A DNA stretch of 64,000 nucleotides. It comes from Promethearchaeota archaeon. GTDB lineage: Archaea; Asgardarchaeota; Lokiarchaeia; Sigyniarchaeales; SOKP01. The notes below the pieces were generated by a model. The model had not been told where the DNA came from, did no database searches, and worked only from the letters and a program-made list of their open reading frames with translations. A program made the translations under genes and the position numbers. This document shows, in pieces, positions 53,586 through 62,378 of this stretch. Position 1 is the stretch's first letter. Each line of letters begins with the position of its first letter. Location: assembly GCA_016839555.1 (NCBI GenBank), contig JAEOUA010000011.1, positions 224,001 through 288,000 on the forward strand. The letters are read 5' to 3'.

Positions 53586-53975
53586 TTATTGACTGATATA
53601 GTTTTGTAGGTTATAACTCTTCATAGCTCTCTTGATAGTTTGTATCAATGATTTGATTGTAAATGGTTTCTCTAAAAAAGAAAAAGCTCCGCAGGCGAAA
53701 GCCTCTCTCTTTATTCTTTTATCTCCTGTAATAAAAATAATTTTTATATTAGGATCTATTTGTAAAATTTCTTTTGAAGCTTCTATGCCGTTCTTTTTCG
53801 GTAAATGATGATCCATCAAAATCACTTGAGGTTTACTTTTGAATGCCTTAAACATTGAAATTGCTTCTTCTCCATCCTCTGCTATCCTTACTACTTCAAA
53901 ACCGTTTAATCTTAAAACTTTTTTATAAAAGGAATTTAAAGATTTGTCATCTTCGACAATAAATATTTTATCCAA
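53586..53975 (-). CDS. Stand-alone response regulator receiver (CheY-like)
   Basis: VEDD, ILMD phospho-Asp, ITG, EKPF. Confidence 0.92.
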   Translation of the reverse strand: MDKIFIVEDDKSLNSFYKKVLRLNGFEVVRIAEDGEEAISMFKAFKSKPQVILMDHHLPKKNGIEASKEILQIDPNIKIIFITGDKRIKREAFACGAFSFLEKPFTIKSLIQTIKRAMKSYNLQNYISQ

Positions 53976-54092
53976 TTTAATCCCTTAACCTAATTTTATA
54001 CCCAATAATTGTGTGAATTCTAATCAATCTCATATAAATTACAGATAGTTCGGTATTTAAATATTTCGATCCCATATAGAATGTAGATAAAA

Positions 54093-54305
54093 ATGAATGG
54101 GGAGATAGTTAAATATAGATTTTATAAGGATACATCACAAAGTCTTATTACAATTCCAAAAGCAATTGCTAGGTCATTAAATTGGAATGATAAAGATGAT
54201 ATTCATATGGTTATAACAACTATTGAAAATAAATTGGGTGTGTTTCTATTTAAAGACTCAGAGAAAAAGTCCGAGAAAAAGTACCTAAACCAAAAATTTC
54301 TCTAG
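54093..54305 (+). CDS. AbrB/MazE/SpoVT-like DNA-binding protein
   Basis: SLITIPKAIARSLNW..KD.I swapped-hairpin pattern. Confidence 0.75.
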   Translation: MNGEIVKYRFYKDTSQSLITIPKAIARSLNWNDKDDIHMVITTIENKLGVFLFKDSEKKSEKKYLNQKFL

Positions 54306-54703
54306 GAAAAATAAAGATAAAAAGAGAAAAAAAATAGATGTCCTCGCTTAATATCATAACTTATAAGAAAAGGTTAGAATAAGATCTACTCTATAGAGTT
54401 CTATAAAGTAATTCACTAAAAGACAAAAATCCAGGGATTTAAGCAAGGTTATCTATTTTTTTAACAAGACCTTACTTTTTTACTGATTCGTCGAATAATT
54501 ATAAATATGATTCCTATTTAAATTTAAGTATAAAAAAGCCATATATTCATAAAAATTAAGATTTCCTATAAGATAAATTATTTTAATGTAAATGTTTTCA
54601 AGAATCTCTGTGGAGTTGAAGCAGGAAAGAGATTGACACCATTATTTTAGATATATGAATCATTATATTAATTTCCATAAAATAGATGGGGTTATATGAA
54701 TCT

Positions 54704-54970
54704 TTATACTTTCCTAATGTCCACTTCAATGACATCTCCTGCGTTCAGATCTAATTTTTCAGCAACATAATATCGGATGGATACTCCTTTCGAACTCCCT
54801 ACCCAACGTACTTGGCGTGTCATAGTATGCGAGGGCTTATTTTCTACAGCCTTAAAGATTTCTATTTCTACGAGATCGCCGACATCGAGTTCTAATCCGT
54901 CAATAATATGTGATTGGATGATAAAACCCAATGTTCTGCCACTTTCAATAAGTAATACCGTATCTTTCAT
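54704..54970 (-). CDS. Tandem AbrB-like DNA-binding protein
   Basis: Internal duplication: GRTLGFII...LELDVGDLVEIEI / GSSKGVSI...LDLNAGDVIEVDI. Confidence 0.75.
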   Translation of the reverse strand: MKDTVLLIESGRTLGFIIQSHIIDGLELDVGDLVEIEIFKAVENKPSHTMTRQVRWVGSSKGVSIRYYVAEKLDLNAGDVIEVDIRKV

Positions 54971-55170
54971 GGGAATCTACATGTAAAAATTATTATTTTT
55001 TCAAAGTTCTACTTGTAATACTACCTAAAATCTCTACTATTATTTAAGATTTCACTTAATCATTTAATATTTTGATTAAATGTATTCAACTCCTTCCTTA
55101 GTTTCACTATAATAATCAGAGCTTTCATTATATCTTATTTATTTATCACAATTAATTCACCATATTAGAT

Positions 55171-55210
55171 TATGATATCATCATAAAGATTTAAATATGA
55201 TCTTATCATA
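55171..55210. promoter_or_regulatory. Two palindromic operator-like sites TATGAT-N3-ATCATA around a TATA box
   Basis: tatgat-atc-atcata (55171-55185) and tatgat-ctt-atcata (55196-55210), 25 bp apart, with tttaaata between them and overlapping the second. Confidence 0.7.
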
Positions 55211-55268
55211 ATATTATCTTGTATTATCTCCATAAAATATCAGGTAAATAAAAAATAAAAACATTAGA

Positions 55269-55622
55269 ATGAGTACTTCAGACCATCCATCAAAGCTAAC
55301 ACCTAAACCTAAGAAAATATCCTTAATTTATTCACAATTTATCGAAATTCTCAGTGAGAGCTTGGAAGATAATTTTGATGTGTGGTTTGTTTGGGTTACT
55401 AAACTCCTTATACAGCTTTTACACTCAGATACACTAAAAGGGGAGTATCTGACCAACTTTTTACGGATTTTTACTTCCTTAACACATAGGAAAAAATTGA
55501 TTTCTCCAATTCCAGAAGGGAAAGACATTCACACATTATCAGCTCAAAAAAAAGCTCACATAAAAGAAATTCTTGAGGATTTAATATTTTTATCTGAATA
55601 TAAAGACAAAGAAGAGGTATAA
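55269..55622 (+). CDS. Hypothetical protein, first gene of putative tfb operon
   Basis: 117-aa ORF. Confidence 0.6.
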   Translation: MSTSDHPSKLTPKPKKISLIYSQFIEILSESLEDNFDVWFVWVTKLLIQLLHSDTLKGEYLTNFLRIFTSLTHRKKLISPIPEGKDIHTLSAQKKAHIKEILEDLIFLSEYKDKEEV

Positions 55623-55680
55623 TAATATTCAAGATCCTCACCATAAAGTTAGGCAGGAAATTAATAGGATACGAAAGAGA

Positions 55681-56214
55681 TTGGATTTACCTCTCTCGAT
55701 TAACGAGCAGATCTATATTATATTTCAGGAAATCGAGAAATGTGCTATTCAGACAGATCCTCTGAAACTCATACCGCTCTTATTCCTTCTCTATTTAAAC
55801 ACAAATAATTACTTTCTAAGCTTGGATAAAATTGCCAAAATATCCTATATTTCCGTAAATGAGTGCTTATCCTTTACTGAGGATCTCCGAAGGTTTGAAT
55901 TTGACGAAAAACGATGCACGTTTCAAAATATTAAAACATTTAACCTTACGTTTTCGAAATTCCGCAAAAAATATGGAGTTTGTCCCGTATGTAATACTAA
56001 ATTAGATGAGGAATATTTGAGGCTCTACTATTTTGATAGATTGTATGACCGTCAGAAACTTAAGGAAAATCTCAACAATAGGTTGAGCCGGGAAAAATCC
56101 TTTCGATATGTATATGAGAGACGGATCACCCTCAAAATTCCCTGTATTATCTGCTTTCTGGAGTTATTACAGCAATTAAATTATAAAAATGTACCCATTG
56201 GAGTAAATCAATAA
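55681..56214 (+). CDS. Hypothetical protein with split CxxC...CxxC Zn site
   Basis: CPVC and PCIIC. Confidence 0.6.
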   Translation: MDLPLSINEQIYIIFQEIEKCAIQTDPLKLIPLLFLLYLNTNNYFLSLDKIAKISYISVNECLSFTEDLRRFEFDEKRCTFQNIKTFNLTFSKFRKKYGVCPVCNTKLDEEYLRLYYFDRLYDRQKLKENLNNRLSREKSFRYVYERRITLKIPCIICFLELLQQLNYKNVPIGVNQ

Positions 56215-56240
56215 AATAATAAAATAGGAGTGTATATAAT

Positions 56241-57545
56241 ATGATTGTTCAAGATTGTTTGTATAATAATAATAGTAATAATTTAGATGTATGTGACCTT
56301 AGCTGTGAGTTATGTCATTCCTCTGAAATTAGAGAAACCCAACAAGGGTATGTGTGTGCCGAGTGCGGGTGCGTTTTAGATCTTCCCATTTTAAAATATC
56401 ACGTGCCCTATACCCAAAAAAAGATCCATTATGAAGTATCTGTGGGAAATACCTTTCTTGGATTACAAAAAGAACGAAGATCCAATCGACACTCTCCCAA
56501 ACTGAAGCGATTACACAAACTTCAGTGTTCCCAATCATATCAAGATATGGTATATCATGATACAGAGATCGAAATTTGCCGGATTCTGGCAGGATTAGAT
56601 CTCCCCCACACCTTTAAAGATCCTATCTTCAAAACCTTTAAAGAACTTTGGGGTAATTATTCACAGAGAAGTCGGTTTCAAAGTATTGAGAAATTAATAC
56701 CTGTTCTTATCTATTATTTCTGCAAAAAGCAATACATATCCATAAATGAACATGAACTATTGGAAATCGCTAAGGTGAATAGAAAACAATATATTTATTA
56801 TAAATTGAAATTTCTTGCCCCTCCCTCTGCATATAAGAATGCTAATCGAAAAAAGCTTATAAAATCAAAATTGTTTAGGCTGGCAGTTGAGTTAGGTTTG
56901 GGAATGGATTTCTACCACGATGCAGTAAAGTTGTTAAATAAACTATATAAAGAGATTTGTTGCACGAAAGAGAGTGTGATCGCGGGACTTATCTCATCGA
57001 TTGTAGTATTATGTCGTTATAGAGAGGAAATAACTGTCAATTCCATCTGTAATTACTTCAATATAGCAATGAGTACCATTCAATCGCGGGTTAAACGGCA
57101 TTTTATAGAAAAATTTAAGGTCGTCGGATTCGAAAGCCTGGTAAAATCGGCTCATATCATCAAAACGACTATTTATAAGTTAGGGATCTTCGAAGAACCG
57201 TCCGGAGAACAAATCAATGAGCCATTCAAAGAGCTTTATGTTACCATAGAAACGAATGCTACTGAAGAATCAGAAGAAGGAGACTTCTTTTCCGAAACTC
57301 TTGATACCCCTAAAATAATTCAAGTGAAAGCAATCTATAGAAACTTACGCAAGAGATTTCCCAGACTCCAGAGATCCTATAATTGCTTCCTCTTTATTCT
57401 TCAAAATCGATTTGATTTACACCCCATCTTCATCTCTCTATTATTGCCAACCAATTCGATTATGCATATTCTCAAGCAAAATGGAAATAAAGCCATACTG
57501 AAAAGAATGACCAAATATTTATACCCTTCAAAAGGACCTCCATAA
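56241..57545 (+). CDS. Divergent TFB/TFIIB paralog with C-terminal extension
   Basis: Zn ribbon CELC...GYVCAECGCVL; two cyclin-like repeats (EICRILAGLDLP..; ..L.L....Y..A..L..; HTH-like TVNSICNYFNIAMSTIQSRV); AGGAG upstream. Confidence 0.75.
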   Translation: MIVQDCLYNNNSNNLDVCDLSCELCHSSEIRETQQGYVCAECGCVLDLPILKYHVPYTQKKIHYEVSVGNTFLGLQKERRSNRHSPKLKRLHKLQCSQSYQDMVYHDTEIEICRILAGLDLPHTFKDPIFKTFKELWGNYSQRSRFQSIEKLIPVLIYYFCKKQYISINEHELLEIAKVNRKQYIYYKLKFLAPPSAYKNANRKKLIKSKLFRLAVELGLGMDFYHDAVKLLNKLYKEICCTKESVIAGLISSIVVLCRYREEITVNSICNYFNIAMSTIQSRVKRHFIEKFKVVGFESLVKSAHIIKTTIYKLGIFEEPSGEQINEPFKELYVTIETNATEESEEGDFFSETLDTPKIIQVKAIYRNLRKRFPRLQRSYNCFLFILQNRFDLHPIFISLLLPTNSIMHILKQNGNKAILKRMTKYLYPSKGPP

Positions 57546-57564
57546 TACACTCATTTATCACAGT

Positions 57565-57713
57565 AATATTCCTTCATTGAAGGAGTATTCATCAAGATAA
57601 GAATTTCACCGAGATTTCTGGATTTTTGTCTAATAATCTTTTGTTTGATTGACGCAAAGAAAAGATTCGCTCTCATTCCTTTTTTGATCATCTCGGATGA
57701 TCCTTCTTATCTT
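57565..57713. other. Multi-stem structured non-coding segment downstream of the tfb-like gene
   Basis: aatattccttca/tgaaggagtatt; aagataagaa/ttcttatctt; ccgagat/atctcgg; aatctttt/aaaagatt. Confidence 0.6.
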
Positions 57714-58074
57714 TATCTTTTTCTCTTTTTCTTTTAAAAAATGATTTTATGTATCACTTATTTCTCTAATATAAGTCATTAAAGTGAAAAATTTTCCTGT
57801 TGGATTAGGATTTCTACTTATATTGTATTTTATTTCTTTTATCAGTGGTACAAATTTAAGTCTATAATTGTCAAGGGTTGGATTAAATTTACATTTCTTG
57901 TATTAAAAATTAAATGTCTTTTAATAAAATCGGTATAAACATTTATAAGTCAATTTAATTATACTATTAATAATAGCAGTCGATTTATTTCTATTTATTT
58001 AAATTTTCTTAGAATTTGAGGGTTGAAAGATACATCGAAATGCAGGAGCTATACAAAGAAAATATAATTAAAAA

Positions 58075-58850
58075 ATGAAGATACCAAAACAGCTAAAAAA
58101 AAATAGAAATTTTAAATTTAACCAGAAAAATACTAAAACATATTTGAGATTGCTTAAAAGTGAGTTCAAAACTCATTTTAAAGAACTTATGGTTAGATTT
58201 AATGATAAAAGAAATATTAGGTTTATTTCGAAAAATGGCAAAAGTATTTTCCCATTTGATGAAAATCAAGCTTATAATGAGTATGATTTCAGAGTATTTT
58301 GGCATAAGAATCAGATTGAAATAGTATATAATGATGAAATAATCGAAAAAAATCTTCTTAGAAAGTATAAACTCACCTTTTTGAAAAATCTATTTAGTCA
58401 AATAGCACATCACGAATATGCTCATACAAGACAATTCGAATCAATGTTCTATAAATATTCTCAATCTATTTATAATGAGATTTTCAATAAAGATTTAGAG
58501 ATTATTTCATCTGATGATATAAAGAGATGTGATATAAAATATAGATCTATTACACAAAAAATACAAAAATCTCTTAAAAATATTCATATACTATATATTG
58601 ACCATACTTTTATTGAGTTTTGGGCGAATTCAATTATATATGATGAAATAGACTCTAATCGTCCCGCAGAAAGGCTGATAGAAAGAAGAGACTTAATGGT
58701 TGATAAAGAATGTTTATACCCTGATCATATTTTAAATCCTGAAATAAGATATGGAAAGAGAATTTTAGACCTTTTGGAATTATCCCAAGAACATTTTATC
58801 TTTAAAGACTGGGAACCATTAGAAAATCTTTTCAAAAGATTGAATCGATT
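58075..58850 (+). pseudogene. HEXXH metallopeptidase-like gene, 3'-truncated (the 58075-59106 ORF reads through into foreign sequence)
   Basis: IAHHEYAH plus downstream EFWAN; after ~58845 base composition changes and the translation becomes out-of-frame-like. Confidence 0.6.
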
Positions 58851-58916
58851 CGTACGTTTCAACTCATCCCCTCGGATGCGCCCCCTCTTAAGTCTAACAT
58901 TACTTCTATTACTATT

Positions 58917-61900
58917 ATGTCATTCCAATTATTCGGCGAGTTCTCTTTCGATTCTTCAATCACATTATATCCCAACGAGTTCACTTACGACTCTTCGACG
59001 GGGAAAGTATCCATCAAACCCGCTGCTTTCGAACAGATTAGGGCGAGAACCAGCAATATGGAGTGGTCGAGCAATTCTCACTCTGAAGCGAATCTTCTCT
59101 ATATAATATCCCTTGAATCCGTGCGCTCCATTTATAGTACCGAGGACGATCTCTCGTTGTCGCAGGCAAAGCAAATAATGCTCATGCAAGGCATTCAGAT
59201 GGGCATCGTCGATTATATGAACGAGTATGTCCAAGGATTTGCGAAGGCTCAGCTGGATTATCAGACCGGGTATAATTTAATCATAGCATCGGTTAAAATT
59301 GTGGCGACCATTATCGCGATAATTGCGACTAAAGGTGCCCTGGGCGGAATTGAAGCGCTTAAGCAAAGTTCAGCAGCTAGCGCTTCGGATGCGTCAGGAA
59401 GTGCTTCGGGTTCGGCTGCTGGTGGTTCGAGTTCGGCAGCTGCCGGCACAGGTGAAGCATATATTGGTCTTGATGGTATCCTCTATAATGAATTCGGGGT
59501 AGCTGTCGATGTTGCCGGCGGAATTGCCGTAGACTACGCTACCGAAACCGCCAAAGAAGTCATCAACACCTATTTGGAACAAAGCTTGGTGCAAATGTCA
59601 AATAGACTCGTACAATCCCTTTCTATTCAACAAATTTTGAAAATTGTGGTTCCATCTGTCGGTCAGTTGTCCGTTCAAGGGCTTTCAGAAGTTTCCCTTA
59701 CGCAAGTAATTACACAATCCATTGAGCTATCCATCGGACTCGACGGCAGCATCGTCGGACTCATCGGCGGCTATTTACTGACCGATATATTCGGCGAGAT
59801 AAGCAACCCGCAGCTCTATGTTCTCTCCCAGGAACTCGCCTCCATGCAAGAACAGCTCGCCTCTCCTACTAAATCGGCTCGGCTTACCCCGCAATTGGCA
59901 CAAGTCTTCTTTGAGCTTCGCCCCTATGGATTTGCGGGCGCCTCGGCACAAGAATTGCAGAAATTAACTCCAAGTGCGGTTGAAGTGGTTAATCAGGATG
60001 AAAAAGAGCGTCAGATGGCAGAAAATGCTCAAGACTATGCCGAGTTCATAGCGTGGTTGGAGATGGTGTTTGGCCTTATCAATATGACTATATGGGAATG
60101 GTATGAATTTTTAAATCGACCCTGGGATTATTCCATTTTCGATGAGATACGGGAGTTTAGACTGTGGGTAGAGGGGGGAATTTCCGATAATTATATTACG
60201 AACGAAGAGATTAAGAATAATCGCATTTATCAGAAATATCTGGAACTTTACCGTAGGAATAAGGAAGAATTTGCCCGAAGATTGGCTCGATACGATGAAT
60301 GGACAAAAGAGGCGGAAGTTTACTCCTTACGGAAGGCAATGAAAAATTATACAAAGCAAACCAGCAGATCCCCTTGTTTTCAATCAACAAATAAATTTAA
60401 AGGTAAATTTATTACATGGTTTCAAGAACATTATAACATACCATTCCCCCTTCACGATGAAGAGATACGGGAAAAGTTTTACAACATATATCCCGCCTTC
60501 ACTCGAATTCTTTTAGAGCATTTCGAAATCTATGACTCTTTTGAGAATGTTATGGACGACCCCCTTGATGTAGTGGAATGGGTAGAAAAATTAACGGGCA
60601 GGTTTAAGAAATACAACAATTCTGACTTAAAGCCCGCCCTATATAATGAACCTCGTGGTGGTCGTGATCTCTATAATATTGAAGGGGCGCCCTCTAGTAC
60701 ATCTTTTTATCCTTATGTTAAGATCTTCATTCGGGAAGCGTTCCGATTTGCGTATGAAAATGGAATGCGAAGGAGATTAACCCCACAAGAAGTGTCTCTT
60801 ATCCGTTCCTTGGCTCTGGATAAAACAATAACTACCTATCAAAAGATCGTCCGTGCCGTTCAAAAGGCCTCCAAGCCCGACGAGGGAAAGACCCTTGAAT
60901 TAGTCACAACACCCCGAGATTTCTTAAATTTCATGCTTCAAGCGGCAAATAATCCTGATTTACACCCTTCGCATGTTCGTGTGATAATTCGTTGGGTCGA
61001 GGGAGCGCAAGAGTATTCTCCACAAATTCGTAGAATTTATTTAAATCCTCACCGTAAATTGGACGGGTGGTATAAATCTACGGCTTTAACAGCAAAAAAT
61101 ATTAGAGAGATGGTAGAGCAATATGGATTTGAAATAGTATACATGACCGACGAGCAGATAAACAATGAGTTGAATAGAGTACGGAACGATCCGAAGAGGG
61201 GTGTTAATAACATTAGGTTAACCGTTCGATGTACAAGATGCCACACGGTTCAAACCAAATCGCTTTATAGTATACAGACATCTGCGCATTGTAGCTATTG
61301 TATGCCAAAGATTTATACCAATGAAGCGTATGCCCTCAAAGTATTAACCGAAATACTCTCGAAGCAGTCCAGCTCTTTCGACAGCTTTCTCAGGACCGAC
61401 CTTAAAGGAAACAAACTCCCCAAACTCCAAGCAACCCCTCTCTGGAGAAATCAGCATGTATATATCAAGGATCTGATCCACCCCCTTAAGAAAGGCGCGT
61501 GGATTCTCAATAAACATGGACAATGGGAATGGAATAAAAACTATTACCAATATGAAACGGATACGGATTACATAAAATTCTTCTGGAGCGTACATGTAGA
61601 TGGTGCAATATTTGTAAAGGTAAAACTAAAGAACTCCGACCAATTTGTCAAACAAGCAGACGGCACCGACATGGTATTCAAATTTCTATTAGAACGCCAG
61701 GGAGAGCAGCATCAAACCTCATGGAAGGGATTTATAGCGTGGCTCCGATTACATGGGGAAAACACCATCGCGGATATCGTAGAGCCCATTGGCAACATTG
61801 AAGATACACTTATCGTTCGGAGGTTAACACCTAAACAAAAGGACATACTTGATAAAGAGCATGAAAAATGGCTCAAGCAACTGCAACGAGATCGGGATAA

Positions 61901-62189
61901 AGTTAAGCTGTTTGAGTATCACCAGAAAGACGGGTTCTATCTGCTGGTGATGGACCATACCGTGAAGCCCGACCAAATGCTTCAGTTCCTCTGCGCTCAG
62001 ATTACCGAGATCGTTAATTTACATTTGATTGAGACCATAGAGAATATTCGGGGCGAAGATCTTGTATCTTTTGAGGAGATACGACAGATCCTAGAGGATA
62101 CCCTGATGCCTTACGGCAAATATATTCCTTGGTTAAAGCAGAGAAGAGTATGGGGAGATATAACGGATTATCTTAATAAAACGGGATAA
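58917..62189 (+). CDS. Probably 5'-truncated large membrane protein with C-terminal Zn ribbon and Vsr/DUF559-like endonuclease (polymorphic-toxin-like)
   Basis: Frame open back to 58806; TM plus Ala/Ser/Gly linker; CTRC...CSYC; NE..., VDG, ERQGEQH, QRDRDK motifs. Confidence 0.6.
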   Translation: MSFQLFGEFSFDSSITLYPNEFTYDSSTGKVSIKPAAFEQIRARTSNMEWSSNSHSEANLLYIISLESVRSIYSTEDDLSLSQAKQIMLMQGIQMGIVDYMNEYVQGFAKAQLDYQTGYNLIIASVKIVATIIAIIATKGALGGIEALKQSSAASASDASGSASGSAAGGSSSAAAGTGEAYIGLDGILYNEFGVAVDVAGGIAVDYATETAKEVINTYLEQSLVQMSNRLVQSLSIQQILKIVVPSVGQLSVQGLSEVSLTQVITQSIELSIGLDGSIVGLIGGYLLTDIFGEISNPQLYVLSQELASMQEQLASPTKSARLTPQLAQVFFELRPYGFAGASAQELQKLTPSAVEVVNQDEKERQMAENAQDYAEFIAWLEMVFGLINMTIWEWYEFLNRPWDYSIFDEIREFRLWVEGGISDNYITNEEIKNNRIYQKYLELYRRNKEEFARRLARYDEWTKEAEVYSLRKAMKNYTKQTSRSPCFQSTNKFKGKFITWFQEHYNIPFPLHDEEIREKFYNIYPAFTRILLEHFEIYDSFENVMDDPLDVVEWVEKLTGRFKKYNNSDLKPALYNEPRGGRDLYNIEGAPSSTSFYPYVKIFIREAFRFAYENGMRRRLTPQEVSLIRSLALDKTITTYQKIVRAVQKASKPDEGKTLELVTTPRDFLNFMLQAANNPDLHPSHVRVIIRWVEGAQEYSPQIRRIYLNPHRKLDGWYKSTALTAKNIREMVEQYGFEIVYMTDEQINNELNRVRNDPKRGVNNIRLTVRCTRCHTVQTKSLYSIQTSAHCSYCMPKIYTNEAYALKVLTEILSKQSSSFDSFLRTDLKGNKLPKLQATPLWRNQHVYIKDLIHPLKKGAWILNKHGQWEWNKNYYQYETDTDYIKFFWSVHVDGAIFVKVKLKNSDQFVKQADGTDMVFKFLLERQGEQHQTSWKGFIAWLRLHGENTIADIVEPIGNIEDTLIVRRLTPKQKDILDKEHEKWLKQLQRDRDKVKLFEYHQKDGFYLLVMDHTVKPDQMLQFLCAQITEIVNLHLIETIENIRGEDLVSFEEIRQILEDTLMPYGKYIPWLKQRRVWGDITDYLNKTG

Positions 62190-62378
62190 ACTCTGTGGAT
62201 TTTTTCTCGTTTACTTTTTATATTATTTTTGCAAAGAATATAATACGATCTAAAAGAACGAAATGATAATGAAAGATAAAAGAAAAAAATAAATATGAAG
62301 GTTGTTGTTATTTATATAATTACCAGCGCACCATTACAGTTTTATCAGTTTAAACCACTAAAAAAAGATTAATATAAA

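Noticed and set aside
58850-59106. C-terminal ~85 aa of the 343-aa ORF (LLLLLL, S/R-rich)
   Set aside because: Out-of-frame read-through into the large downstream gene after the junction
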